Positions 1-13,046 of a DNA stretch of 64,000 nucleotides are shown one piece after another (the first letter of the stretch is position 1; the number at the start of each line of letters is the position of its first letter). The position numbers and the translations under genes were made by a program. Source of the stretch: Eledone cirrhosa (taxonomy: Eukaryota); contig OZ024741.1 of the NCBI GenBank assembly GCA_964016885.1, positions 400,954,001-401,018,000 on the forward strand, read 5' to 3'. Below the pieces are notes generated by a model. The model saw nothing but the letters and a program-made list of their open reading frames with translations. It made no database searches and was not told the origin of the DNA.

Positions 1-3000
1 GGTCATGTGATGTGATGTAGTGTGTAAGAGAGAACACTACATTGGTATGGACATGTGATGTGATGTTGTGTGTAAGAGAGAAGACTACATTGGTATGGCC
101 ATGTGATGTGATGTAGTGTGTAAGAGAGAAGACTACATTGGTATGGACATGTGATGTAGTGTGTAAGAGAGAAGACTACATTGGTATGGCCATGTGATGT
201 AGTGTGTAAAAGAGATGACTACATTGGTATGGCCATGTGATGTAGTGTGTAAGAGAGATGACTACATTGGTATGGTCATGTGATGTGATGTAGTGTGTAA
301 GAGAGAAGACTACATTGGTATGGACATGTGATGTGATGTTGTGTGTAAGAGAGAAGACTACATTGGTATGGACATGTGATGTAGTGTGTAAGAGAGAAGA
401 CTACATTGGTATGGACATGTGATGTAGTGTGTAAGAGAGAAGACTACATTGGTATGGCCATGTGATGTAGTGTGTAAGAGAGAAGACTACATTGGTATGG
501 CCATGTGATGTAGTGTGTAAGAGAGAAGACTACATTGGTATGGCCATGTGATGTAGTGTGTAAGAGAGAAGACTACATTGGTATGGCCATGTGATGTAGT
601 GTGTAAGAGAGAAGACTACATTAGTATGGGCATGTGATGTAGTGTGTAAGAGAGAAGACTACATTGGTATGGCCATGTGATGTAGTGTGTAAGAGAGAAG
701 ACTACATTGGTATGGCCATGTGATGTAGTGTGTAAGAGAGAAGACTACATTGGTATGGCCATGTGATGTAGTGTGTAAGAGAGAAGACTACATTGGTATG
801 GCCATGTGATGTAGTGCGTAAGAGAGAAGACTACATTGGTATGGACATGTGATGTGATGTAGTGTGTAAGAGAGAAGACTACATTGGTATGGCCATGTGA
901 TGTAGTGTGTAAGAGAGAAGACTACATTGGTATGGACATGTCATGTGATGTAGTGTGTAAGAGAGAAGACTACATTGGTATGGCCATGTGATGTGATGTA
1001 GTGTGTAAGAGAGATGACTACATTGGTATGGACATGTGATGTAGTGTGTAAGAGAGAAGACTACATTGGTATGGCCATGTGATGTAGTGCGTAAGAGAGA
1101 AGACTACATTGGTATGGTCATGTGATGTGATGTAGTGTGTAAGAGAGAAGACTACATTGGTATGGACATGTGATGTGATGTAGTGTGTAAGAGAGAAGAC
1201 TACATTGGTATGGACATGTGATGTAGTGTGTAAGAGAGAAGACTACATTGGTATGGACATGTGATGTAGTTTGTAAGAGAGAAGACTACATTGGTATGGT
1301 CATGTGATGTGATGTAGTGTGTAAGAGAGAAGACTACATTGGTATGGACATGTGATGTAGAGTGTAAGAGAGAAGACTACATTGGTATGGACATGTGATG
1401 TAGTTTGTAAGAGAGAAGACTACATTGGTATGGTCATATGATGTGATGTAGTGTGTAAGAGAGAAGACTACATTGGTATGGTCATGTGATGTGATATAGT
1501 GTGTAAGAGAGAAGACTACATTGGTATGGACATGTGATGTAGTGTGTAAGAGAGAAGACTACATTGGTATGGCCATGTGATGTAGTGTGTAAGAGAGAAG
1601 ACTACATTGGTATGGACATGTGATGTGATGTAGTGTGTAAGAGAGAAGACTACATTGGTATGGACATGTGATGTAGTGTGTAAGAGAGAAGACTACATTG
1701 GTATGGTCATGTGATGTAGTGTGTAAGAGAGAAGACTACATTGGTATGGTCATGTGATGTGATGTAGTGTGTAAGAGAGAAGACTACATTGGTATGGACA
1801 TGTGATGTAGTGTGTAAGAGAGAAGACTACATTGGTATGGCCATGTGATGTAGTGTGTAAGAGAGAAGACTACATTGGTATGGACATGTGATGTGATGTA
1901 GTGTGTAAGAGAGAAGACTACATTGGTATGGACATGTGATGTAGTGTGTAAGAGAGAAGACTACATTGGTATGGACATGTGATGTAGTGTGTAAGAGAGA
2001 AGACTACATTGGTATGGACATGTGATGTGATGTAGTGTGTAAGAGAGAAGACTACATTGGTATGGACATGTGATGTAGTGTGTAAGAGAGAAGACTACAT
2101 TGGTATGGTCATGTGATGTAGTGTGTAAGAGAGAAGACTACATTGGTATGGTCATGTGATGTAGTGTGTAAGAGAGAAGACTACATTGGTATGGACATGT
2201 GATGTAGTTTGTAAGAGAGAAGACTACATTGGTATGGTCATGTGATGTAGTGTGTAAGAGAGAAGACTACATTGGTATGGTCATGTGATGTATGTGTGTA
2301 AGAGAGAAGACTACATTGGTATGGACATGTGATGTAGTGTGTAAGAGAGAAGACTACATTGTTATGGACATGTGATGTAGTGTGTAAGAGAGAAGACTAC
2401 ATTGATATGGACATGTGATGTAGTGTGTAAGAGAGAAGACTACATTGGTATGGACATGTGATGTGATGTAGTGTGTAAGAGAGAAGACTACATTGGTATG
2501 GCCATGTGATGTAGTGTGTAAGAGAGAAGACTACATTGGTATGGACATGTGATGTAGTGTGTAAGAGAGAAGACTACATTGGTATGGCCATGTGATGTAG
2601 TGTGTAAGAGAGAAGACTACATTGGTATGGACATGTGATGTGATGTAGTGTGTAAGAGAGAAGACTACATTGGTATGGACATGTGATGTAGTGTGTAAGA
2701 GAGAAGACTACATTGGTATGGTCATGTGATGTAGTGTGTAAGAGAGAAGACTACATTGGTATGGCCATGTGATGTAGTGTGTAAGAGAGAAGACTACATT
2801 GGTATGGACATGTGATGTGATGTAGTGTGTAAGAGAGAAGACTACATTGGTATGGACATGTGATGTAGTGTGTAAGAGAGAAGACTACATTGGTATGGCC
2901 ATGTGATGTATTGTGTAAGAGAGAAGACTACATTGGTATGGACATGTGATGTGATGTAGTGTGTAAGAGGGAAGACTACATTGGTATGGCCATGTGATGT

Positions 3001-6000
3001 AGTGTGTAAGAGAGAAGACTACATTGGTATGGACATGTGATGTGATGTAGTGTGTAAGAGAGAAGACTACATTGGTATGGCCATGTGATGTAGTGTGTAA
3101 GAGAGAAGACTACATTGATATGGACATGTGATGTGATGTAGTGTGTAAGAGAGAAGACTACATTGGTATGGACATGTGATGTAGTGTGTAAGAGAGAAGA
3201 CTACATTGGTATGGACATGTGATGTGATGTAGTGTGTAAGAGAGAAGACTACATTGGTATGGCCATGTGATGTGATGTAGTGTGTAAGAGAGATAACTAC
3301 ATTGGTATGGACATGTGATGTAGTGTGTAAGAGAGAAGACTACATTGGTATGGCCATGTGATGTAGTGTGTAAGAGAGAAGACTACATTGGTATGGACAT
3401 GTGATGTGATGTATTGTGTAAGAGAGAAGACTACATTGGTATGGACATGTGATGTAGTGTGTAAGAGAGAAGACTACATTGGTATGGTCATGTGATGTAG
3501 TGTGTAAGAGAGAAGACTACATTGGTATGGACATGTGATGTGATGTAGTGTGTAAGAGAGAAGACTACATTGGTATGGCCATGTGATGTGATGTAGTGTG
3601 TAAGAGAGATAACTACATTGGTATGGACATGTGATGTAGTGTGTAAGAGAGAAGACTACATTGGTATGGCCATGTGATGTAGTGTGTAAGAGAGAAGACT
3701 ACATTGGTATGGACATGTGATGTGATGTATTGTGTAAGAGAGAAGACTACATTGGTATGGACATGTGATGTAGTGTGTAAGAGAGAAGACTACATTGGTA
3801 TGGTCATGTGATGTAGTGTGTAAGAGAGAAGACTACATTGGTATGGTCATGTGATGTAGTGTGTAAGAGAGAAGACTACATTGGTATGGACATGTGATGT
3901 GATGTAGTGTGTAAGAGAGAAGACTACATTGGTATGGCCATGTGATGTGATGTAGTGTGTAAGAGAGATAACTACATTGGTATGGACATGTGATGTAGTG
4001 TGTAAGAGAGAAGACTACATTGGTATGGCCATGTGATGTAGTGTGTAAGAGAGAAGACTACATTGGTATGGACATGTGATGTGATGTATTGTGTAAGAGA
4101 GAAGACTACATTGGTATGGACATGTGATGTAGTGTGTAAGAGAGAAGACTACATTGCTATGGTCATGTGATGTAGTGTGTAAGAGAGAAGACTACATTGG
4201 TATGGTCATGTGATGTGATGTAGTGTGTAAGAGAGAAGACTACATTGGTATGGCCATGTGATGTAGTGTGTAAGAGAGAAGACTACATTGGTATGGTCAT
4301 GTGATGTCATGTAGTGTGTAAGAGAGAAGAATACATTGGTATGGACATGTGATGTGATGTAGTGTGTAAGAGAGAAGACTACATTGGTATGGCCATGTGA
4401 TGTGATGTAGTGTGTAAGAGAGAAGACTACATTGGTATGGACATGTGATGTAGTGTGTAAGAGAGAAGACTACATTGGTATGGCCATGTGATGTAGTGTG
4501 TAAGAGAGAAGACTACATTGGTATGGACATGTGATGTAGTGTGTAAGAGAGAAGACTACATTGGTATGGCCATGTGATGTAGTGTGTAAGAGAGATGACT
4601 ACATTGGTATGGTCATGTGATGTGATGTAGTGTGTAAGAGAGAACACTACATTGGTATGGACATGTGATGTGATGTTGTGTGTAAGAGAGAAGACTACAT
4701 TGGTATGGCCATGTGATGTGATGTAGTGTGTAAGAGAGAAGACTACATTGGTATGGACATGTGATGTAGTGTGTAAGAGAGAAGACTACATTGGTATGGC
4801 CATGTGATGTAGTGTGTAAAAGAGATGACTACATTGGTATGGCCATGTGATGTAGTGTGTAAGAGAGATGACTACATTGGTATGGTCATGTGATGTGATG
4901 TAGTGTGTAAGAGAGAAGACTACATTGGTATGGACATGTGATGTGATGTTGTGTGTAAGAGAGAAGACTACATTGGTATGGACATGTGATGTAGTGTGTA
5001 AGAGAGAAGACTACATTGGTATGGACATGTGATGTAGTGTGTAAGAGAGAAGACTACATTGGTATGGCCATGTGATGTAGTGTGTAAGAGAGAAGACTAC
5101 ATTGGTATGGCCATGTGATGTAGTGTGTAAGAGAGAAGACTACATTGGTATGGCCATGTGATGTAGTGTGTAAGAGAGAAGACTACATTGGTATGGCCAT
5201 GTGATGTAGTGTGTAAGAGAGAAGACTACATTAGTATGGGCATGTGATGTAGTGTGTAAGAGAGAAGACTACATTGGTATGGCCATGTGATGTAGTGTGT
5301 AAGAGAGAAGACTACATTGGTATGGCCATGTGATGTAGTGTGTAAGAGAGAAGACTACATTGGTATGGCCATGTGATGTAGTGTGTAAGAGAGAAGACTA
5401 CATTGGTATGGCCATGTGATGTAGTGCGTAAGAGAGAAGACTACATTGGTATGGACATGTGATGTGATGTAGTGTGTAAGAGAGAAGACTACATTGGTAT
5501 GGCCATGTGATGTAGTGTGTAAGAGAGAAGACTACATTGGTATGGACATGTCATGTGATGTAGTGTGTAAGAGAGAAGACTACATTGGTATGGCCATGTG
5601 ATGTGATGTAGTGTGTAAGAGAGATGACTACATTGGTATGGACATGTGATGTAGTGTGTAAGAGAGAAGACTACATTGGTATGGCCATGTGATGTAGTGC
5701 GTAAGAGAGAAGACTACATTGGTATGGTCATGTGATGTGATGTAGTGTGTAAGAGAGAAGACTACATTGGTATGGACATGTGATGTGATGTAGTGTGTAA
5801 GAGAGAAGACTACATTGGTATGGACATGTGATGTAGTGTGTAAGAGAGAAGACTACATTGGTATGGACATGTGATGTAGTTTGTAAGAGAGAAGACTACA
5901 TTGGTATGGTCATGTGATGTGATGTAGTGTGTAAGAGAGAAGACTACATTGGTATGGACATGTGATGTAGAGTGTAAGAGAGAAGACTACATTGGTATGG

Positions 6001-9000
6001 ACATGTGATGTAGTTTGTAAGAGAGAAGACTACATTGGTATGGTCATATGATGTGATGTAGTGTGTAAGAGAGAAGACTACATTGGTATGGTCATGTGAT
6101 GTGATATAGTGTGTAAGAGAGAAGACTACATTGGTATGGACATGTGATGTAGTGTGTAAGAGAGAAGACTACATTGGTATGGCCATGTGATGTAGTGTGT
6201 AAGAGAGAAGACTACATTGGTATGGACATGTGATGTGATGTAGTGTGTAAGAGAGAAGACTACATTGGTATGGACATGTGATGTAGTGTGTAAGAGAGAA
6301 GACTACATTGGTATGGTCATGTGATGTAGTGTGTAAGAGAGAAGACTACATTGGTATGGTCATGTGATGTGATGTAGTGTGTAAGAGAGAAGACTACATT
6401 GGTATGGACATGTGATGTAGTGTGTAAGAGAGAAGACTACATTGGTATGGCCATGTGATGTAGTGTGTAAGAGAGAAGACTACATTGGTATGGACATGTG
6501 ATGTGATGTAGTGTGTAAGAGAGAAGACTACATTGGTATGGACATGTGATGTAGTGTGTAAGAGAGAAGACTACATTGGTATGGACATGTGATGTAGTGT
6601 GTAAGAGAGAAGACTACATTGGTATGGACATGTGATGTGATGTAGTGTGTAAGAGAGAAGACTACATTGGTATGGACATGTGATGTAGTGTGTAAGAGAG
6701 AAGACTACATTGGTATGGTCATGTGATGTAGTGTGTAAGAGAGAAGACTACATTGGTATGGTCATGTGATGTAGTGTGTAAGAGAGAAGACTACATTGGT
6801 ATGGACATGTGATGTAGTTTGTAAGAGAGAAGACTACATTGGTATGGTCATGTGATGTAGTGTGTAAGAGAGAAGACTACATTGGTATGGTCATGTGATG
6901 TATGTGTGTAAGAGAGAAGACTACATTGGTATGGACATGTGATGTAGTGTGTAAGAGAGAAGACTACATTGTTATGGACATGTGATGTAGTGTGTAAGAG
7001 AGAAGACTACATTGATATGGACATGTGATGTAGTGTGTAAGAGAGAAGACTACATTGGTATGGACATGTGATGTGATGTAGTGTGTAAGAGAGAAGACTA
7101 CATTGGTATGGCCATGTGATGTAGTGTGTAAGAGAGAAGACTACATTGGTATGGACATGTGATGTAGTGTGTAAGAGAGAAGACTACATTGGTATGGCCA
7201 TGTGATGTAGTGTGTAAGAGAGAAGACTACATTGGTATGGACATGTGATGTGATGTAGTGTGTAAGAGAGAAGACTACATTGGTATGGACATGTGATGTA
7301 GTGTGTAAGAGAGAAGACTACATTGGTATGGTCATGTGATGTAGTGTGTAAGAGAGAAGACTACATTGGTATGGCCATGTGATGTAGTGTGTAAGAGAGA
7401 AGACTACATTGGTATGGACATGTGATGTGATGTAGTGTGTAAGAGAGAAGACTACATTGGTATGGACATGTGATGTAGTGTGTAAGAGAGAAGACTACAT
7501 TGGTATGGCCATGTGATGTATTGTGTAAGAGAGAAGACTACATTGGTATGGACATGTGATGTGATGTAGTGTGTAAGAGGGAAGACTACATTGGTATGGC
7601 CATGTGATGTAGTGTGTAAGAGAGAAGACTACATTGGTATGGACATGTGATGTGATGTAGTGTGTAAGAGAGAAGACTACATTGGTATGGCCATGTGATG
7701 TAGTGTGTAAGAGAGAAGACTACATTGATATGGACATGTGATGTGATGTAGTGTGTAAGAGAGAAGACTACATTGGTATGGACATGTGATGTAGTGTGTA
7801 AGAGAGAAGACTACATTGGTATGGACATGTGATGTGATGTAGTGTGTAAGAGAGAAGACTACATTGGTATGGCCATGTGATGTGATGTAGTGTGTAAGAG
7901 AGATAACTACATTGGTATGGACATGTGATGTAGTGTGTAAGAGAGAAGACTACATTGGTATGGCCATGTGATGTAGTGTGTAAGAGAGAAGACTACATTG
8001 GTATGGACATGTGATGTGATGTATTGTGTAAGAGAGAAGACTACATTGGTATGGACATGTGATGTAGTGTGTAAGAGAGAAGACTACATTGGTATGGTCA
8101 TGTGATGTAGTGTGTAAGAGAGAAGACTACATTGGTATGGACATGTGATGTGATGTAGTGTGTAAGAGAGAAGACTACATTGGTATGGCCATGTGATGTG
8201 ATGTAGTGTGTAAGAGAGATAACTACATTGGTATGGACATGTGATGTAGTGTGTAAGAGAGAAGACTACATTGGTATGGCCATGTGATGTAGTGTGTAAG
8301 AGAGAAGACTACATTGGTATGGACATGTGATGTGATGTATTGTGTAAGAGAGAAGACTACATTGGTATGGACATGTGATGTAGTGTGTAAGAGAGAAGAC
8401 TACATTGGTATGGTCATGTGATGTAGTGTGTAAGAGAGAAGACTACATTGGTATGGTCATGTGATGTAGTGTGTAAGAGAGAAGACTACATTGGTATGGA
8501 CATGTGATGTGATGTAGTGTGTAAGAGAGAAGACTACATTGGTATGGCCATGTGATGTGATGTAGTGTGTAAGAGAGATAACTACATTGGTATGGACATG
8601 TGATGTAGTGTGTAAGAGAGAAGACTACATTGGTATGGCCATGTGATGTAGTGTGTAAGAGAGAAGACTACATTGGTATGGACATGTGATGTGATGTATT
8701 GTGTAAGAGAGAAGACTACATTGGTATGGACATGTGATGTAGTGTGTAAGAGAGAAGACTACATTGCTATGGTCATGTGATGTAGTGTGTAAGAGAGAAG
8801 ACTACATTGGTATGGTCATGTGATGTGATGTAGTGTGTAAGAGAGAAGACTACATTGGTATGGCCATGTGATGTAGTGTGTAAGAGAGAAGACTACATTG
8901 GTATGGTCATGTGATGTCATGTAGTGTGTAAGAGAGAAGAATACATTGGTATGGACATGTGATGTGATGTAGTGTGTAAGAGAGAAGACTACATTGGTAT

Positions 9001-10002
9001 GGCCATGTGATGTGATGTAGTGTGTAAGAGAGAAGACTACATTGGTATGGACATGTGATGTAGTGTGTAAGAGAGAAGACTACATTGGTATGGCCATGTG
9101 ATGTAGTGTGTAAGAGAGAAGACTACATTGGTATGGACATGTGATGTAGTGTGTAAGAGAGAAGACTACATTGGTATGGCCATGTGATGTAGTGTGTAAG
9201 AGAGATGACTACATTGGTATGGTCATGTGATGTGATGTAGTGTGTAAGAGAGAACACTACATTGGTATGGACATGTGATGTGATGTTGTGTGTAAGAGAG
9301 AAGACTACATTGGTATGGCCATGTGATGTGATGTAGTGTGTAAGAGAGAAGACTACATTGGTATGGACATGTGATGTAGTGTGTAAGAGAGAAGACTACA
9401 TTGGTATGGCCATGTGATGTAGTGTGTAAAAGAGATGACTACATTGGTATGGCCATGTGATGTAGTGTGTAAGAGAGATGACTACATTGGTATGGTCATG
9501 TGATGTGATGTAGTGTGTAAGAGAGAAGACTACATTGGTATGGACATGTGATGTGATGTTGTGTGTAAGAGAGAAGACTACATTGGTATGGACATGTGAT
9601 GTAGTGTGTAAGAGAGAAGACTACATTGGTATGGACATGTGATTGTAGTGTGCAAGAGAGAAGACTACATTGGTATGGCCATGTGATGTAGTGTGTAAGA
9701 GAGAAGACTACATTGGTATGGCCATGTGATGTAGTGTGTAAGAGAGAAGACTACATTGGTATGGCCATGTGATGTAGTGTGTAAGAGAGAAGACTACATT
9801 GGTATGGCCATGTGATGTAGTGTGTAAGAGAGAAGACTACATTAGTATGGGCCATGTGATGTAGTGTGTAAGAGAGAAGACTACATTGGTATGGCCATGT
9901 GATGTAGTGTGTAAGAGAGAAGACTACATTGTATGGCCATGTGATGTAGTGTGTAAGAGAGAAGACTACAGTGGTAGGTCATGTGATGTAGTGTGTAAGA
10001 GA
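1..10002 (+). repeat. Tandem satellite, 43-bp monomer (GTGATGTAGTGTGTAAGAGAGAAGACTACATTGGTATGGNCAT) with a 48-bp variant (+GTGAT); 4610-bp higher-order repeat
   Basis: Monomer period read directly (421 vs 464). The variant block ggtcatgtgatgtgatgtagtgtgtaagagagaacactac recurs at 1, 4611 and 9221. Confidence 0.97.
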
Positions 10003-10202
10003 NNNNNNNNNNNNNNNNNNNNNNNNNNNNNNNNNNNNNNNNNNNNNNNNNNNNNNNNNNNNNNNNNNNNNNNNNNNNNNNNNNNNNNNNNNNNNNNNNN
10101 NNNNNNNNNNNNNNNNNNNNNNNNNNNNNNNNNNNNNNNNNNNNNNNNNNNNNNNNNNNNNNNNNNNNNNNNNNNNNNNNNNNNNNNNNNNNNNNNNNNN
10201 NN
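10003..10202. other. Assembly gap (200 N)
   Basis: Run of N. Satellite monomers just before it show stray indels typical of a contig end. Confidence 0.99.
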
Positions 10203-10214
10203 CAGACAGACACA

Positions 10215-10614
10215 TATAACATGACACTGGGTTGTGTGTACAATATTTATTTACGAAGATTGAGCTGAGTAGAGTTGAATAGTTGACATGCCAAGAGAGA
10301 TGAATTAAGGAATTCAGGAGGCACGGTCTGCTGGCGGAGATGTTGCCAGGCCATGGTTAAGTTGTTGTGTTACATGTTGGCTAGTGATTTCACGATGAAA
10401 GAAAGTTAGTTGTTTACCTTTTCACAGTCAGGAATGGAGAGAGTATATCTTCGGTGGAACGCGCCTGGCCGAAGCCAACAACCAAAAGGTGAAATGAGAG
10501 GAAGATAGCTTTCAGCTCTCTCCTTTTATAGTTCCCTGGACGGAAGTCACAAAGAAGGTTCTGGAACCTCAACGGGAAGTAACTCCAGCTACTTCCTGTC
10601 TAGAGAGCGCTACA
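10215..10614 (-). repeat. 3' LTR (copy A)
   Basis: Direct repeat of 12553-12943, preceded on the minus strand by the polypurine tract. Confidence 0.88.
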
Positions 10615-12037
10615 GGACTCCCCTTTCAGATGGGAAGTCGAATGACCAAATGAAATCATTGTAGTGAGAACACAAGGAGCAAGGCAAAAGGGACAAGAAC
10701 ATGAATGAACAAAACATGAGCAAGCAAATATCAAAATGACCATGCAAAAATTAATGATAGATATCAAGGTAGCCAACCGCTCTTGGCCAGAGAACGACTG
10801 GACATCTATCTATCCATCACACAAAGATACAATGTAATCAACCTAAAAGAAGAGGTCAAAGGAGCAAAGAAACGTGCTCGAACATAGTTATTAAAAAAAG
10901 TTCAAATGTTCAAAAATAAAATTAACAGGTATGTAAGCACATGACAGCAGGAAAGAGAGTGTGTCCTCCAGAGAATGTATGCAGGTGGTTTCTAGACTGT
11001 GGTACAACGTGAAATTCCCACCTGCAAAGGCGGTGGGTTTTTCTCACAGGAAGAGTGCTGCAAAAATAAATTCTCTGTGTTTTGTTCTGCTGGTTTTGGT
11101 TGTTGATAAAGCAAAGATGAAGCTATGTTGTTGTTGCTGTTGTTGTCTCGCGGAGTGAGATAGCCTATTCGAAGTTGTTTCAATTCACAGTAAAAAGTTT
11201 CCCAGAAAAAATGAGTTGCGCAATGTGCTAGAAATAATAGCCAAAGTTGATGGTCGATGTTGAGAACGCATTGACCTGGAAGGGTCAAGAGGCCAGCAAC
11301 CATAGAAATAAGCATTCCGAATAAATGCGCAGTTTTCAACGGCAAATTTACGTGGTAAATTTTGAAACCAGCAAATATGAGAATATAGCTTAAGGCTGGA
11401 GAATCCTTGGCAAGAAACATTATCTATGGCATGTGTTATCTCAGTGAGTCGAGATGTGTGCTCCCACACGTGCCGAAACAAGGTTAAAGTCAAGTTGAAT
11501 AAAAAAAATATTTCTTTTGCGCAAGGAAATGGCGCGAAAATGACAGTGGAACAGGTCGTTGGCAGTCATTTTGAAAAATGTGTGTGTGAACGTGACAATA
11601 TGATGAAAAAGAAGGAAAGGCTATATTCACTTTGTATAACAAATATGGCGAGAGTTCGATTTTTTTTGTGAAAGTGATGAAAAAGTAGCGAAAAAGGCTT
11701 AGTTGAATGAGTAAGCGAGCTGTGATGTTCATCAAAATTGACGTTGAATATAAGAATACAGGAGTCCAAGTCTTTTTTAAGTGTTCGTTGTGAGAAGAAC
11801 GAAGGATATATCCAGTGAGTGAAATACATTTAAACGATGTAAGCACGTGAGGTGAAGAGCAAAATGTTTTCTTGTTTGTTTACTGCTGAGAAAAAGATTA
11901 ATTTTATTTTTCGTTGTAGACAGTTTCGGAGAAAAAATCCATGTGGAATGTTGTTAGAGGAATTTTTTCTTTTTGAAATACTGCTAATTAATTTTCTTTT
12001 TTCCATATTCACACAACACCACTTCCTATTATTTTTT

Positions 12038-12050
12038 CTCGGGGTCACCA
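12038..12050 (-). promoter_or_regulatory. Primer binding site complementary to the tRNA-Trp 3' end (second copy at 12538-12550)
   Basis: The plus strand reads CTCGGGGTCACCA, matching the ...CGGGGUCACCA end of eukaryotic tRNA-Trp. It lies 2 nt from the LTR end. Confidence 0.8.
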
Positions 12051-12113
12051 ATTATAACAGGACACTGGGTTGTATATACAATATTTATTTACGAAGATTG
12101 AGCTGAGTAGAGC

Positions 12114-12522
12114 TGTAGCGCTCTCTAGACAGGAAGTAGCTGGAGTTACTTCCCGTTGAGGTGCCAGAACCTTCTTTGTGACTTCCGCCCAGGGAACTAT
12201 AAAAGGAGAGAGCTGAAAGCTATCTCCCTCTCATTTCACCTTTTGGTTGCTGACCTTCGGCCAGGCGCGTTCCGCCGAAGATATACTCTCTCCATTCCTG
12301 ACTGTGAAAAGGTAAACAACTAACTTTCTTTCATCGTGAAATCACTAGCCAACATGTAACACAACAACTTAACCACGGCCTGGTAACATCTCCGCCAGTA
12401 GACCGTGCCTCCTGAATTCCTTAATTCATTCTTTCATCTCTCTTGGCATGCCAACTATTCAGCTCTACTCAGCTCAATCTTCGTTAATAAATATTGTACA
12501 TACAACCCAGTGTCCTGTTATA
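12114..12522 (+). repeat. Inverted full LTR copy (copy B) with TATAAAA (12198-12204) and AATAAA (12486-12491)
   Basis: Reverse complement of copies A and C; starts TGTAGCGCTCTCTAGAC and ends TGTCCTGTTATA. Confidence 0.9.
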
Positions 12523-12552
12523 ATTGGTTATTTTTTGCTCGGGGTCACCAAT

Positions 12553-12943
12553 TATAACCGGACACTGGGTTGTATGTACAATATTTATTAACGAAGATTG
12601 AGCTGAATAGTTGACATGCCAAGAGAGATGAAAGAATGAATTAAGGAGGCACGGTCTACTGGCGGAGATGTTGCCAGGCCATGGTTAAGTTGTTGTGTTA
12701 CATGTTGGCTAGTGATTTCACGATGAAAGAAAGTTAGTTGTTTACCTTTTCACAGTCAGGAATGGAGAGAGTATATCTTCGGCGGAACGCGCCTGGCCGG
12801 AGGCCAACAGCCAAAAGGTGAAATGAGAGGGAGATAGCTTTCAGCTCTCTCCTTTTATAGTTCCCTGGACAGAAGTCACAAAGAAGGTTCTGGAACCTCA
12901 ACGGGAAGTAACTCCAGCTACTTCCTGTCTAGGGAGCGCTACA
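12553..12943 (-). repeat. 5' LTR (copy C)
   Basis: Followed on the minus strand by AT and the PBS; carries two small deletions relative to copy B. Confidence 0.88.
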
Positions 12944-13046
12944 CAAATATATCTATGTAGAGATACACACACATATATATCTATATAGAAATACAGACAG
13001 ACAAATATATATCTATGTATATATTGTTTTTATTTCTACTTTACAG

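Larger units (their letters stand above)
10215..12943 (-). mobile_element. Non-autonomous LTR retrotransposon (probably Gypsy-derived) with a rearranged 5' end
   Basis: ~400-bp LTRs reading TGTAGCG...TTATA on the minus strand at 10215-10614 and 12553-12943. PBS TGGTGACCCCGAG at 12538-12550 and again at 12038-12050. Purine tract GAAAGGGGAG just before the 3' LTR (~10618-10627). The 1.4-kb interior has no recognisable gag/pol. Confidence 0.85.

Noticed and set aside
1-10002. CRISPR-like regular array
   Set aside because: Head-to-tail monomers without unique spacers, no cas genes, eukaryotic context. The same applies to the 30-bp and 56-bp arrays.
9881-10243. ORFs spanning the N gap
   Set aside because: Artefacts of N translation.
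10215-12943. DIRS/Ngaro-type element suggested by the inverted and split repeats
   Set aside because: A tRNA PBS, a PPT and TG-starting LTRs indicate an ordinary LTR lineage; no tyrosine recombinase is seen.
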